Assembly (NCBI RefSeq): GCF_006345805.1
Contig: NC_043010.1
Coordinates: forward strand, 37,696,001-37,760,000
Direction: 5' to 3'
Source of the DNA: Octopus sinensis
Lineage: Eukaryota
Length of the DNA stretch: 64,000 nucleotides
Of the stretch, positions 63,480 to 64,000 are shown piece after piece; positions within the stretch are counted from its first letter, which is position 1; each line of letters begins with the position of its first letter. Under the pieces are notes generated by a model that saw only the letters and a program-made list of their open reading frames with translations, was not told the origin of the DNA and ran no database searches. The translations under genes were made by a program, and so were the position numbers.

Positions 63480-64000
63480 CACAAGAGCAACGGATGAGAG
63501 TACTTTACTAAATCAAGTTGCCAGAGACAATATGGTTTATTGTTTCTTCTCCATCTCCACATATTCTGCAGTTACTTGCTACGTTTCTTTTCATTATATG
63601 TTTTTGGTAATTTTTGGTAGGGAGGCTTCGGTCTTGTTAAAAATCCTTCAGTCTCTGCTTTGAGTCCTGAGCTTCTCAGCCAGTGTTGGGATTTTGCTTG
63701 GACTATTTCTTTCGTTTTGTTTAACCAAGTATTTGCCATGAAGGGGATTTCTTTTGCCATCGTTTTCTCATGATCTGTTGCTATTCCAGTTTTAGTTTGG
63801 ATTTCAGTTGTTGTACAGCTTTTGTTGTTTCTTCTTTTTCTTCATAGTTGTTAGGTACTATGTCTTCTTTTTGTATTTGTCAGCTTCCTTAAAGACCGAA
63901 AACAGATTTTTGTTTTGTTCGTGTTTTGTGGCTATTTGTATGAGTTTTCCTTGCTACTGAAGAAGGTATTTCTGTAGTCCTGTGGTGGTTATTTTGTAAT
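63480..64000 (-). mobile_element. R4/Dong-like non-LTR retrotransposon fragment (C-terminal CCHC region)
   Basis: KSQHWLRSSGLKAETEGFL then, after a frameshift, NCRICGDGEETINHIVSG. Confidence 0.78.

Overview
Eukaryotic, extremely microsatellite- and SINE-rich genomic DNA. The repeat repertoire looks like an octopus/coleoid cephalopod genome (inference, not confirmed). Only one host coding segment is supported: the terminal exon (TM6, TM7, C-tail) of a cholecystokinin/sulfakinin-type GPCR at 7174-7745 on the MINUS strand (the supplied ORF track labels it +, but the peptide only reads from the reverse complement). I found no upstream TM1-TM5 exon, so the rest of the window is probably one giant intron; a 100-N scaffold gap at 36679-36778 limits that conclusion. 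The remainder is mobile DNA. It includes two TA-flanked full-length but disrupted mariners, a Sleeping Beauty-like Tc1 plus a second Tc1 fragment, a pogo/Tigger-like MITE and Helitron derivatives. It also includes fragments of non-LTR retroelements with restriction-like endonucleases, an internally deleted Gypsy-type LTR element nested in and containing SINEs, and dozens of tRNA-derived SINEs with interchangeable core and tail modules. The most interesting signal is a set of ~200-bp Penelope-like elements tied to (TA)n tracts, each carrying a minimal type I hammerhead ribozyme motif; they fall into two families, one with a recurrent A6U core variant. Other notable items: a 95-bp templated copy of the LTR integrase inside a (TCTA)n microsatellite, an in-frame gag/integrase deletion junction, and a ~0.95-kb tandem duplication that looks like a long-read assembly artefact. 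Nearly all other ORF-track entries are translations of microsatellites. All alignments and counts were done by eye; no database searches were run.
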